DNA from: an uncultured Candidatus Saccharibacteria bacterium | GTDB taxonomy: Bacteria; Patescibacteriota; WWE3; UBA101185; UBA10185 | Reading direction: 5' to 3' | DNA: 36,002 bases | Assembly (NCBI GenBank): GCA_964567095.1 | Contig: CAZMKN010000003.1 | Span: 3,996 to 39,997, forward strand | Shown: in pieces, positions 15,366-23,867 of the stretch | Layout of the letters: the number at the start of each line of letters is the position of its first letter | Numbering within the stretch: the first letter of the stretch is position 1 | The notes under the pieces: model-generated | The model's database searches: none | What the model was told of the DNA's origin: nothing | The model's input: only the letters and a program-made list of their open reading frames with translations | Made by a program: the position numbers and the translations under genes

Positions 15366-15824
15366 TCACCCTTCCTCTTCATGTTCTTTGTCACTTTCGC
15401 CAATATATTCTAGCACTAGTGGTTCCCCTCCCATAATTTCCGGATTCTCAAAGACGTTCCCGACTACTGTTATACTTCTAAGTGAGCGTTTGTCCGCAAA
15501 GTCTATGGTTTTCTTGTTACCCAAGAATTTAAGTCCAAACTTAGCACTTTCCGTGTTCCAATAAACCAAGCCAAGTTTCCCTTGAGCCCCAACCTTTAAT
15601 ATGTCCCCATCCCATATATCTATATCCTCATCGTCTTTTAGACCGATAAATTGCATCACTATAATATTTTCATCGCACTCTTCGCTCACATACCAGTCTC
15701 GGCCCTTCTTTTTAGGCGTACCTCTAGAGTACAAAACCTTCCCACTTAACCCTATAGCAACGTTTTTGTACATATAGTTTTTTACTTTGTGCCACGCTCT
15801 AAATTTATATTGATGATTTACCAT
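15366..15824 (-). CDS. YopX family protein (phage/prophage-associated family)
   Basis: Three stretches match the characteristic YopX blocks: YKFRAWHKVKNYMY, MQFIGLKDDEDIDIWDGDIL and VVGNVFENPEIMGG. An acidic tail follows. Confidence 0.75.
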   Translation of the reverse strand: MVNHQYKFRAWHKVKNYMYKNVAIGLSGKVLYSRGTPKKKGRDWYVSEECDENIIVMQFIGLKDDEDIDIWDGDILKVGAQGKLGLVYWNTESAKFGLKFLGNKKTIDFADKRSLRSITVVGNVFENPEIMGGEPLVLEYIGESDKEHEEEG

Positions 15825-15876
15825 TTTATATATTAAACCTTTCTTTTAACTCTTAAACCCCTTCATTCTAGCAGAT

Positions 15877-16242
15877 TTAGTTTTTATTTGAAATCCTAAT
15901 CAACAGAACAAAAATAAGAAGTAGTGAGAGCAACGTGCCCGTAAATAAGTTTAAAATATTATAAACTTTGAGTGTAAGCAAACCAACGATTATCAAACTC
16001 ACTATAAAGCTCGTTCCCAATCCCTTTTTGTATATGAGGTTTGGGTTGTAGTAATGCGATCCGCGTTTTTTATTGGCGAAAAATAAAATTAATGATGTCG
16101 TTGTTCCTATACAAATGAAAAAAAGACCTAGAACTATTACTATAATGAGGTTCGTGTCCGGCGCCTTAGTCATTACAACCCACCCAACTCCCGCTAACGA
16201 GAGAATTTCTAATAAAATAATAGTGTATAGGAATTTAGGCAT
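15877..16242 (-). CDS. Hypothetical small polytopic membrane protein (about 4 TM)
   Basis: Four hydrophobic segments are separated by short loops, with the basic loop NKKRGSHYYNPNLIYKKG. I recognise no family. Confidence 0.45.
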   Translation of the reverse strand: MPKFLYTIILLEILSLAGVGWVVMTKAPDTNLIIVIVLGLFFICIGTTTSLILFFANKKRGSHYYNPNLIYKKGLGTSFIVSLIIVGLLTLKVYNILNLFTGTLLSLLLIFVLLIRISNKN

Positions 16243-16309
16243 CTATGGGAATTTTAACATTAAGTTCTGATGATTTATTTCCCGGACTTAATAATTTCTT
16301 AATCTTTTT

Positions 16310-16343
16310 ATGCTAAAGATAGAAAGGTTGTTGTTTTTAGCAT
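16310..16343. promoter_or_regulatory. Inverted repeat ATGCTAAA-N18-TTTAGCAT just upstream of the response-regulator start
   Basis: Perfect 8-bp arms lie at 16310-16317 and 16336-16343, and the repeat ends 6 nt before the ATG at 16350. A purine-rich GAAAGG sits in the spacer. It could be an operator or an RBS-occluding hairpin. Confidence 0.2.
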
Positions 16344-16349
16344 CCATCT

Positions 16350-17042
16350 ATGAGAATTTTAATGCTTACAGACGATTTGGAACTTGCTCAAGAACTTGAG
16401 AATTGTTTGAATTCTGACTTTGTTATAGATACGGAAACAACATCTTCTCAAGGCGTTTATGCCTCTCAAGAAGACTTTTATTCACTAATTTTACTTGCTG
16501 ATTCCATCGAAAATGTCCGAGGCTCCCAAATATGTTCTTTAATAAGGAGAAGTAACGTGAGTATACCTATATTGATGTTTACTGATGATTCTCAAGCGTC
16601 TTCAAGAGTACGTTGCTTACGTTCGGGGGCAGATGATTGTTTGGCGCGTCCTTTTGATGGAGAAGAATTAAAAGCTCGTATTAAAGCGCTGATTAGACGC
16701 TTTTCAAAAAGTATTCCAAAAGATAATGTTTACAGGATCGGGGATTTTTCCGTAGACTTTTGGAATAGGATCGTTAAATATGGGAATCGCACTCTATCTA
16801 TTTGCCGTAAGGAATTTGAACTTTTGGAATTGCTTATCAAAAATAGGAACCATACCCTTACTCGCGATTTTATTCTTGAGTCTCTTTGGGATGAGAGTTC
16901 TACTAATTATTCTAATTCGGTAGATGTTTACATTTGCTATTTAAGAAAGAAGCTGAAAGATTTAACAGGTAAGGATCCAATCCGCACTATTTATGGTATT
17001 GGTTATGTTTTTGACGATTCTGAGTTGCAGAAAGACTCCTAA
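16350..17042 (+). CDS. OmpR/PhoB-family response regulator with a non-canonical receiver domain
   Basis: Receiver motifs are LTDD, LILLAD and ILMFT. GADDCLARPF carries Arg where the invariant Lys is expected. The C-terminal winged helix is CRKEFELLELLIKNRNHTLTRDFILESLW...VDVYICYLRKKL...IRTIYGIGYVF. Confidence 0.8.
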   Translation: MRILMLTDDLELAQELENCLNSDFVIDTETTSSQGVYASQEDFYSLILLADSIENVRGSQICSLIRRSNVSIPILMFTDDSQASSRVRCLRSGADDCLARPFDGEELKARIKALIRRFSKSIPKDNVYRIGDFSVDFWNRIVKYGNRTLSICRKEFELLELLIKNRNHTLTRDFILESLWDESSTNYSNSVDVYICYLRKKLKDLTGKDPIRTIYGIGYVFDDSELQKDS

Positions 17043-17060
17043 ACCCCTATTATTAAGCCA

Positions 17061-18014
17061 ATGGTTGGAACTATTATTAACATTTTTTATCAGCTTCTTA
17101 GGACCGCCCGTCCCAGGCAATGGCTAAAAAATCTTAGTGTTTTTGCGGCCCCGATATTTTCAGGGTTGTTGTTTGATGACGCCGTTTTTTTTCTAGCAAT
17201 TAAGTGTTTCGTTGCTTTTTGTGTCGTTTCCTCCGGAGCTTACTTTATAAACGATCTTAGTGATGTGGAAAAGGATAAAAAACATCCTATAAAGAAAAAT
17301 AGACCAATTGCCTCAGGGAAATTACCCGCCAAGCTCGCCTGGTTTGTTGCCGTGGTTCTGGTTTTGTTTTCTGTAGCTTTTTCTTATTTCTTTGTCGGGA
17401 CGTTTTTTACGTTAAGTGTTTTGGTTTATATTGCTGTTCAATTTTGTTATTCATTTCATTTTAGGAACATTATTATTTTGGATTCCTTGGTTGTTGCTTT
17501 TGGCTTTGTTTTGAGGGTTTTCGCTGGGGGCTTCGGAACGAATACATCGCTATCTTCTTGGTTGGCCTTGACAACAATAGGACTTTCTCTTCTCTTGGCT
17601 TTTGGCAAGAGGCGCTCGGAAAAGACCCTTCTTAGGAAGTTTGTTGATGAAAAGAATCTTGGTACTAGAAAGACACTTAGACACTACCCCGATGCCATGC
17701 TGGATAGTATGATTTCAATGTCTTCATCGATTTGTGTAGTAACGTATGCACTATTCACATTTGAGGTATCTCCACAAGGTGCCGGAAGTACTCTGGTAAA
17801 CTTTCTCCCATCAACTCTACGTTCCCCCAAATGGATGATGCTAACAATACCCATTGTTATTTATGGTGTGGCTCGTTATCTATATGTAATTTATGAAAAG
17901 GAAGAGGGAGAGTCGCCGGAGAGAGTTTTATTATCGGACAGGTCTCTACTTTATACTATTCTTATTTGGGGGATCTTGGTAATAGGTATAATTTATGCTT
18001 TACCAGTGGCTTGA
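17061..18014 (+). CDS. UbiA-family prenyl/phosphoribosyl transferase (decaprenyl-phosphate phosphoribosyltransferase-like)
   Basis: LRTARPRQWLKNLSVFAAPIFSG and NDLSDVEKDKKHPIKKNRPIASG match the Rv3806c-type subfamily signature (RP.QW.KN ... ND..D.e.D..HP.K..RPiAsG). It has about 8 TM segments. Confidence 0.8.
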   Translation: MVGTIINIFYQLLRTARPRQWLKNLSVFAAPIFSGLLFDDAVFFLAIKCFVAFCVVSSGAYFINDLSDVEKDKKHPIKKNRPIASGKLPAKLAWFVAVVLVLFSVAFSYFFVGTFFTLSVLVYIAVQFCYSFHFRNIIILDSLVVAFGFVLRVFAGGFGTNTSLSSWLALTTIGLSLLLAFGKRRSEKTLLRKFVDEKNLGTRKTLRHYPDAMLDSMISMSSSICVVTYALFTFEVSPQGAGSTLVNFLPSTLRSPKWMMLTIPIVIYGVARYLYVIYEKEEGESPERVLLSDRSLLYTILIWGILVIGIIYALPVA

Positions 18015-18015
18015 T

Positions 18016-18300
18016 TTATTCCAATTCCTCAAGAGCTGTACTCTCGGTGGATTCTAGGACTTTCATCACATTATCGTAATAATAAGTCTCTTGCTCTACC
18101 CACCTTTCCAACTCTTCGGTTTCTTGCTCTTTTAAAGATCTTTCATCCTGTGCCGAGAGAACCTCATTTTTATCTTGGATAGGTTTATAGCTCGTTAAAC
18201 CCAACGAAGTCATTGGCATTAACATTATGGCTAGAAACAAAACAACAAGGAGCGAATTAATAATCACTGTATGAACGTGTTTAAGCATAATCATCTCCAA
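18016..18300 (-). CDS. Hypothetical small membrane protein with an acidic tail
   Basis: It has one TM (VIINSLLVVLFLAIMLMPM) and then an E-rich helical tail. The start is uncertain: Met codons at 18300, 18294 and 18288 all overlap the upstream gene. Confidence 0.4.
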   Translation of the reverse strand: MEMIMLKHVHTVIINSLLVVLFLAIMLMPMTSLGLTSYKPIQDKNEVLSAQDERSLKEQETEELERWVEQETYYYDNVMKVLESTESTALEELE

Positions 18301-18862
18301 ATTCTAAAACGATTTGTTCCTCATCTTCATAGTAGTCAAGATCGCTTTTATTCAGTTTGTTAATATTTATTTCCTTTTCTATATCCATTATTAATGCTAT
18401 AGACGCCAGAACGCAAGCGGCTAAAGTTACGTAAAGTACCCACGCAAAAATCAAATTAAACAAAGACATTATTCCGGTAGCCAACAAAAGAAGATAAAGA
18501 TAGGAAAGCCACACTGCCCCCTTGGAATAAATTTCTAACGAGCTTTGTACTAGAGAGGTTATTTTTAGGGAAAACACTTTGGCCATTCCTTTTGGGGTTA
18601 TGTGAGAGTCGTGGAAAAAAAGAGCTTTGCTGATAGCTGTAATTAGCCCAATCGATAAGGCTAAGACCATTGCAATCATGGAGTAAGAATTTACTTTTAC
18701 GTAATCTTCTGGAGAGCTAAATACAAATCCTGAATTAGAGACCGTAAACGGGATCCCAAGTTGTCTGCTTATAAGTACTACAGAAACTAGCCTAACCGTT
18801 AAGAGTAAGATTGCAGGAACTATCGCTTTGTCTATGAGTTTTATCAGTATCTTTGAAATCAT
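18281..18862 (-). CDS. Hypothetical polytopic membrane protein with an acidic C-terminus
   Basis: It has four hydrophobic segments and the C-terminal sequence DLDYYEDEEQIVLEFGDDYA. I recognise no family. Confidence 0.45.
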   Translation of the reverse strand: MISKILIKLIDKAIVPAILLLTVRLVSVVLISRQLGIPFTVSNSGFVFSSPEDYVKVNSYSMIAMVLALSIGLITAISKALFFHDSHITPKGMAKVFSLKITSLVQSSLEIYSKGAVWLSYLYLLLLATGIMSLFNLIFAWVLYVTLAACVLASIALIMDIEKEININKLNKSDLDYYEDEEQIVLEFGDDYA

Positions 18863-18887
18863 GGCAGACTAATGAAATAATAGCAGT

Positions 18888-20138
18888 ATGTCTTTGCTAA
18901 AGTCAACGATTAAAAATGCGATAAAGTTCCTGTTTTGGATGTTGGCTTTTTTAACCCCCTTATTATTTGTTTCCAATACTAAGGAAGTTTATGAGTTCCC
19001 AAAAGTATTTTTCATTTATTTTTTGGGTTCCACAGTAATTTTGCTCTTTCTTATTGGATTGATTTTTAGGTTTTTTAAAATAAAGAAACCTCCTTTACCG
19101 ATCATTTTATTTTTGTTGGTAACGATTATCTCTACGCTTTTTTCTTCGCACCCTTACACTTCCCTTTGGGGATATTATTCTCGTTTCAGCGGAGGTTTAA
19201 TTTTATTGCTCGTTTATTTTGGTTTGTTTGTTGTTCTCTTTTCACTTTTCGATAGAACTTTTATCTTTTCATTGATAACCTTTTCTTTAATTTTTACGTC
19301 TATCCCGATAAGTTTATTAGGTTTATCTCAGTTTTTTGGATGGTCTGGTACGCCAATTGAAAGGGTTTACTCTACTTTTGGACAGGCCAATTGGTTAGCT
19401 TCCTATTTAAGTCTGGTAGTGCTATTAGCAGTTCACAGGTTCTTAAAGACAGGCTTTACCAAAAAGTTACTTTTTTGGCTAGGACTGTTTTTACTTTCAT
19501 TTAGTTGTTTTTGGTTCACCTTTTCTATTTCAGGATCTTTAGGCTTGGTTACCGGATTAATTTTGTTGTTTTTGCTTAACCGTAAGGATTATTGTTTGAA
19601 ACGTTCTTTTATTCTGGTCTTTTTAGCTCTTTTTATAGCAATTTCTTTTCCAGGTGTGTTTTTTCTAAAAATCCAAGACGCTTTTTTGGATCTCCCGAAA
19701 TTTTTAACGTCCCTTTTTTCTGTTTATGCTCAGGAAACCTCTCATAAAGTCGCAGATCCGGGGTTTATTCGGTTAGGTTTATGGAAAAGTACCATAAAAA
19801 TGATTTTTTCTTCTCCGAAAGCTTTTCTGTTAGGGTACGGTCCTGAAACTTTCCCTTACAATTTTCCTTTTTTCAGACTCCCGATTTTAAATTATTCTTC
19901 TGAATGGAGTTTCATTTTAAATAAGCCACATAATTATTATTTGGAACTTATTGTGGAAACGGGGATTTTTAGCTTCATTTTCTATGTATGGATTTTAACA
20001 AAAGCCTTTTTGAAAAAGCACTTATGGATTACACCAATGTTAGGATCTTTTTTGGTAAGCAATTTTTTTGGGTGGCCTGCTGTAACGATCTCTCTTTATT
20101 TTTGGTTTTTTCTAGCAGGAGTTTTTAAAGATGAATAG
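18888..20138 (+). CDS. O-antigen ligase/polymerase-like (Wzy_C family) membrane protein
   Basis: It has at least 10 TM segments. The block KPHNYYLELIVETGIFSFIFYVWIL matches the Wzy_C/O-antigen-ligase motif (HN.yL..l.e.Gi.g). Confidence 0.65.
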   Translation: MSLLKSTIKNAIKFLFWMLAFLTPLLFVSNTKEVYEFPKVFFIYFLGSTVILLFLIGLIFRFFKIKKPPLPIILFLLVTIISTLFSSHPYTSLWGYYSRFSGGLILLLVYFGLFVVLFSLFDRTFIFSLITFSLIFTSIPISLLGLSQFFGWSGTPIERVYSTFGQANWLASYLSLVVLLAVHRFLKTGFTKKLLFWLGLFLLSFSCFWFTFSISGSLGLVTGLILLFLLNRKDYCLKRSFILVFLALFIAISFPGVFFLKIQDAFLDLPKFLTSLFSVYAQETSHKVADPGFIRLGLWKSTIKMIFSSPKAFLLGYGPETFPYNFPFFRLPILNYSSEWSFILNKPHNYYLELIVETGIFSFIFYVWILTKAFLKKHLWITPMLGSFLVSNFFGWPAVTISLYFWFFLAGVFKDE

Positions 20139-20745
20139 AAGATCGGATTCTGTTATAAGGTTTTTGTTAATAGTTTTGGTTCTTGGACTTTACTTTAAAT
20201 TTACAAGAACAATTTTTGATTTTTATTTATCTGATATTAAAGCCGGTCAATCAAAGAAGCTTTTATTAGCCGCGGACTATGTGAATTCTTTACAATTGGC
20301 GAAAGAAGCGGTTAGTTTAAATCCTAATGAGCCCTATTATTATAGATTGCGAGCCCAAAGTTACTTGATGAATTCGCTGTTCCTTGAGGAGGACTCAAAA
20401 GATAATCTTAAGAAGCTGGCTCTTGCGGATTTGAAGTATTCCGAGAAATTAAATCCAAAGAATTTAGCCACTCTAAGAAATAATCTTCCTTTTTATTATT
20501 ATTTGGCATTGGATAACTTTACTCAATCAACTGAAAACTCCGTTTTTGATGAATTTTATAGAAGTGAATCGGAGAGATATCTGAATTATTTGAAGATTAC
20601 CTATCCAACTGATGCGGGCGTTTTGGTTTCGATTTCTCATTATGAGAAACTTTTGAATCTAGTTCCGGCTTATGAAGAAACTCTTTCTATTGTAAAAGAA
20701 CTTCGTCCTGATTTACTTGATTGGCATCCTTTGATTGTGGAGTAG
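20131..20745 (+). CDS. Membrane-anchored TPR-like repeat protein
   Basis: It overlaps the ligase-like gene by 8 nt. It has an N-terminal TM and helical repeats with a TPR flavour (LQLAKEAVSLNPNEPYYYRLRAQSYL; ALADLKYSEKLNPKN). Confidence 0.5.
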   Translation: MNRRSDSVIRFLLIVLVLGLYFKFTRTIFDFYLSDIKAGQSKKLLLAADYVNSLQLAKEAVSLNPNEPYYYRLRAQSYLMNSLFLEEDSKDNLKKLALADLKYSEKLNPKNLATLRNNLPFYYYLALDNFTQSTENSVFDEFYRSESERYLNYLKITYPTDAGVLVSISHYEKLLNLVPAYEETLSIVKELRPDLLDWHPLIVE

Positions 20746-20749
20746 GTTT

Positions 20750-21919
20750 CTACTGGCTTACCTTAATGTAGGTGTCTGAAACCCATCCCGTTTTTCCATC
20801 TGTTAGCTTAATTTTAACCCAATTGGCTTGAATCTCTAAAACTGAGAAGGTTTCGCCTACATTAACTTTGGCCAACTCCTCCCCGCCTAAGCTTGGGGTT
20901 TTTCGTACCCTCAGCCACCCAACACCTGTAGGTAAAATCGTTCCGGTTTGTTTTCCTTCGGTTAAACTAAGGTACGTTTCCTTAGCGGCTTCAGTTAACC
21001 CTGGGGTAGAAGTTCCGGAGCCCAAATAAGCTCCGCTTTCTTCTGCATCCTTCAAAGTTTCAAGTTCCTCCAGCGTTGTAATGAGCTCACCTAAGCCGTT
21101 GTAAGCGTTTCCCCCCTGGTCTATGTAATATTCAATTTCGTCAGAGATTCCAAGGCCTCTTGTAGAGTTCCAGTATACAACCGCTCTAGCCCTGTCCGGG
21201 GAATTAGTAATGCTCTCATTGTTTATTGTCAAATCATATAAGTTTTTGGAATCCGCGAATTTTTGGATGTTACCGGGCACTGGTATGGGAAAAAGTTTTG
21301 TTGAAACAGTCAGCTTGTATCCGTTCTCTATCTTAATTTGTGCTTCTTGGCTTTCATACCCTGTTTTTCTCACGCTGAGAACATAATTTCCCTCGGTTAT
21401 TTTAGTTAATGTCGTCGGTGTCTTGCCCATCTCAGTACCATCTAAAAGGATCGTTGCGCCGGAAGGCTGTGATATCACTGTTGGTCCTGTTTCCCCCCTT
21501 TCCATGGAAAAGGTTTTACCAGATGAGAAAAGATCTGATACTCCCAAATCTCTATGGATAGTGGTTTCCACGCCGGGATTAAATTCTATTTTGCTTGAGT
21601 AACTTATACTTATGTCATCTAAATCTTGAATCCTTACATCGTAAGTCCCTGGCTTAATTTTATTTTGGCTCATTGGTGTTTCCCCAATCTCCTCGTTATC
21701 AACAAAAACTTTAGCTGTACCGTTTTGAACCTGCACTGTCAGAGCAGATTCCCGTTTCATTCCAGGAATGTACTGCATACCTATAGTTACTCCATACGCA
21801 ATTCCTCCTAGAATTATAAAGAGAGCCAGGTAGTTTAATACGGGTTTAATTTTAGAGATGAAGGAATGCTCTTCTTGAGCTATAGTATATGCCATAAGTA
21901 CTCTAACGTTATCACGCAT
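20750..21919 (-). CDS. PEGA-domain / SH3b-domain surface protein
   Basis: It has an N-terminal TM and two PEGA-like units (AKVFVDNEEIGETPMSQNKIKPGTYDVRI; ATILLDGTEMGKTPTTLTKITEGNYVLSVRKTGYE). The C-terminal sequence GWLRVRKTPSLGGEELAKVNVGETFSVLEIQANWVKIKLTDGKTGWVSDTYI looks like a bacterial SH3 domain. Confidence 0.7.
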   Translation of the reverse strand: MRDNVRVLMAYTIAQEEHSFISKIKPVLNYLALFIILGGIAYGVTIGMQYIPGMKRESALTVQVQNGTAKVFVDNEEIGETPMSQNKIKPGTYDVRIQDLDDISISYSSKIEFNPGVETTIHRDLGVSDLFSSGKTFSMERGETGPTVISQPSGATILLDGTEMGKTPTTLTKITEGNYVLSVRKTGYESQEAQIKIENGYKLTVSTKLFPIPVPGNIQKFADSKNLYDLTINNESITNSPDRARAVVYWNSTRGLGISDEIEYYIDQGGNAYNGLGELITTLEELETLKDAEESGAYLGSGTSTPGLTEAAKETYLSLTEGKQTGTILPTGVGWLRVRKTPSLGGEELAKVNVGETFSVLEIQANWVKIKLTDGKTGWVSDTYIKVSQ

Positions 21920-21976
21920 CTACCGAAAATACAACACTGTACATTCTCGCTTTTTTCCTTTAACATGGGATAAGAT

Positions 21977-23809
21977 ATGCTTTTAAGCTCCAAGGAAATC
22001 ATTCAAAAGTTTGTAGATTTTTACAAAGATAAGGGTCACGCTGAAATCCCAAATGTTTCTTTAGTGCCGGAAAATGATTCTACCCTACTTTTTGTTAACG
22101 CCGGAATGTTTCCAATGGTTCCTTATTTGATGGGGGAACCTCATCCAATGGGCACCAGACTTGTAAATGTTCAACGGTGTCTTCGGCTTGAGGATATTGA
22201 GGAAGTGGGCGACAACCGCCACACTACAGCTTTTCACATGCTGGGAAATTGGAGTTTAGATGATTATTTTAAGAAGGATCAGCTGAGTTGGATCTATGAA
22301 TTTTTGTTTGACATTTTGAAATTGGATCCGCGAAGAATTTATTCTACAGTTTTTGGAGGTAGTAAGGATGTTCCTAGGGATGAAGTTTCAGCTGAAATCT
22401 TAGAGTCTCTGTTTTCTGCGAGAGGGATTAAATCTAAATTGGGAGAACGAGTTTTTTACTGTTCTGACAATTGGTGGATGCGTGGTGACGGCGTTGGTGA
22501 GTTAGGGGGCCCTGATAGCGAGATTTTCTACTACATAGGCGACGATTTGGAAAACTTCGGTTTGGGACAGAGCTTAGAAGAAAATGAGGACGCTTTTATT
22601 GAAATAGGTAACTCGGTCTTTATGCAGTATGTTCGGACAGAGAGTGGGTGGGAACAGATGGACAAGAAGAACGTTGATTTTGGAGGAGGACTAGAGAGAC
22701 TGGCGCTGGCTGTACAATCCAAGCCGGATATTTTTGAGACAGACAATTTTTGGCCCATTATTCAAAAGCTGGAAGTTTTAACGGGTTTAAAATACGGCCA
22801 GGTTAAGGAAGCAACAAGAAACATGCGAATCATAGCCGATCACATTCGTTCAGGCGTGTTTTTGGCCATGGATGGTGTCGTTCCATCCAATAAGGACCAA
22901 GGGTATGTACTGCGTCGCTTGTTGCGCAGAATAGTAAGAGCTGGAAAGAGTTTGGGGTTAAAAGGAGATATTTCATCTGAGCTCGTTTCCGTTGTTGCGG
23001 AGCTATTTAATTGGCTGTATCCGGATTTGGCGGAGAAGCGAGCTGGTATCGAGAAGATTTTTTCTGAAGAGGAATCAGTGTTTAGAAAAACTTTGATAAA
23101 GTCCTCGAAAGAAGTTGAAAAGTTTTTGAAAACTCTAGATCCGGAAGAAGTAAATGCTAAGGATTTGTCTGAAAAAGCTTTTAATTTCTATCAATCCTTA
23201 GGTTATCCGGAGGAGATTTTCCTCGAAGATTTGAGGGAGTTTGGGTTTGATATCCATACTTCCGCTTTTGCCGAAGAATTTAAAAAGCTACAGTCCGAGC
23301 ATAAAGAAAAATCTCGTCAGGGAGCCGATAAAAAATTTAAGGGAGGTTTATCTTCTCAAGATGAAATTAACACCAAGTATCATACTGCTACACATCTTTT
23401 ACACTCAGCTCTAAGAAAAGTTCTGGGAGCAGGTGTTTATCAGCAGGGGAGTAACGTCACTAAAGAGAGATTGCGTTTTGATTTCTCTTTCAATAGAGTG
23501 CTGACTGATGAAGAAGTTGAAGAGGTTGAAGATTTTATTAATGCCCAAATAGAGAAAGATTTCCCTGTTAAGTTTGAAATTTTGGATAGGGAAGATGCCC
23601 TAAAAATCGACGCTTTGCATTTTTTTGATGAGAAATATGATGAGAAAGTAAAGATTTATTATGTGGGCGATAGTTTGGACTCTGCTTTTAGCAAAGAGTT
23701 TTGCGGCGGGCCTCATGTTGGAAATACTTCGGAGCTGAGCCCGCTAGAGATTTATAGACAGAAAAAGATTGGACAGAAAACCGTGAGAATTTACGCCAGG
23801 TTTATCTAA
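21977..23809 (+). CDS. alaS: Alanyl-tRNA synthetase, a short form lacking the C-Ala domain
   Basis: The N-terminal catalytic core is FVNAGMFPMVPYLMG and VNVQRCLR..D...VG...HTTAFHMLGNWS. The editing-domain motifs HTATHLLHSAL and CGGPHV are present. The protein ends about 35 aa after CGGPHV. Confidence 0.9.
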   Translation: MLLSSKEIIQKFVDFYKDKGHAEIPNVSLVPENDSTLLFVNAGMFPMVPYLMGEPHPMGTRLVNVQRCLRLEDIEEVGDNRHTTAFHMLGNWSLDDYFKKDQLSWIYEFLFDILKLDPRRIYSTVFGGSKDVPRDEVSAEILESLFSARGIKSKLGERVFYCSDNWWMRGDGVGELGGPDSEIFYYIGDDLENFGLGQSLEENEDAFIEIGNSVFMQYVRTESGWEQMDKKNVDFGGGLERLALAVQSKPDIFETDNFWPIIQKLEVLTGLKYGQVKEATRNMRIIADHIRSGVFLAMDGVVPSNKDQGYVLRRLLRRIVRAGKSLGLKGDISSELVSVVAELFNWLYPDLAEKRAGIEKIFSEEESVFRKTLIKSSKEVEKFLKTLDPEEVNAKDLSEKAFNFYQSLGYPEEIFLEDLREFGFDIHTSAFAEEFKKLQSEHKEKSRQGADKKFKGGLSSQDEINTKYHTATHLLHSALRKVLGAGVYQQGSNVTKERLRFDFSFNRVLTDEEVEEVEDFINAQIEKDFPVKFEILDREDALKIDALHFFDEKYDEKVKIYYVGDSLDSAFSKEFCGGPHVGNTSELSPLEIYRQKKIGQKTVRIYARFI

Positions 23810-23840
23810 GGTCACTCTGGTATGCAACCTACACATCGGC

Positions 23841-23867
23841 TTGACACTCGTTCGTATAGAGTGCTAT
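23841..23867. promoter_or_regulatory. CIRCE operator (HrcA binding site)
   Basis: TTGACACTC-GTTCGTATA-GAGTGCTAT compares well with the consensus TTAGCACTC-N9-GAGTGCTAA. The N9 spacing is correct, the CACTC/GAGTG core is perfect, and the position in front of groES is canonical. Confidence 0.7.

Noticed and set aside
15212-15403. A 63-aa minus-strand ORF spans the proS-YopX intergenic region.
   Set aside because: It overlaps both the YopX 3' end and the proS start, has a Cys/Phe-rich improbable composition and has no RBS. It is most likely spurious.
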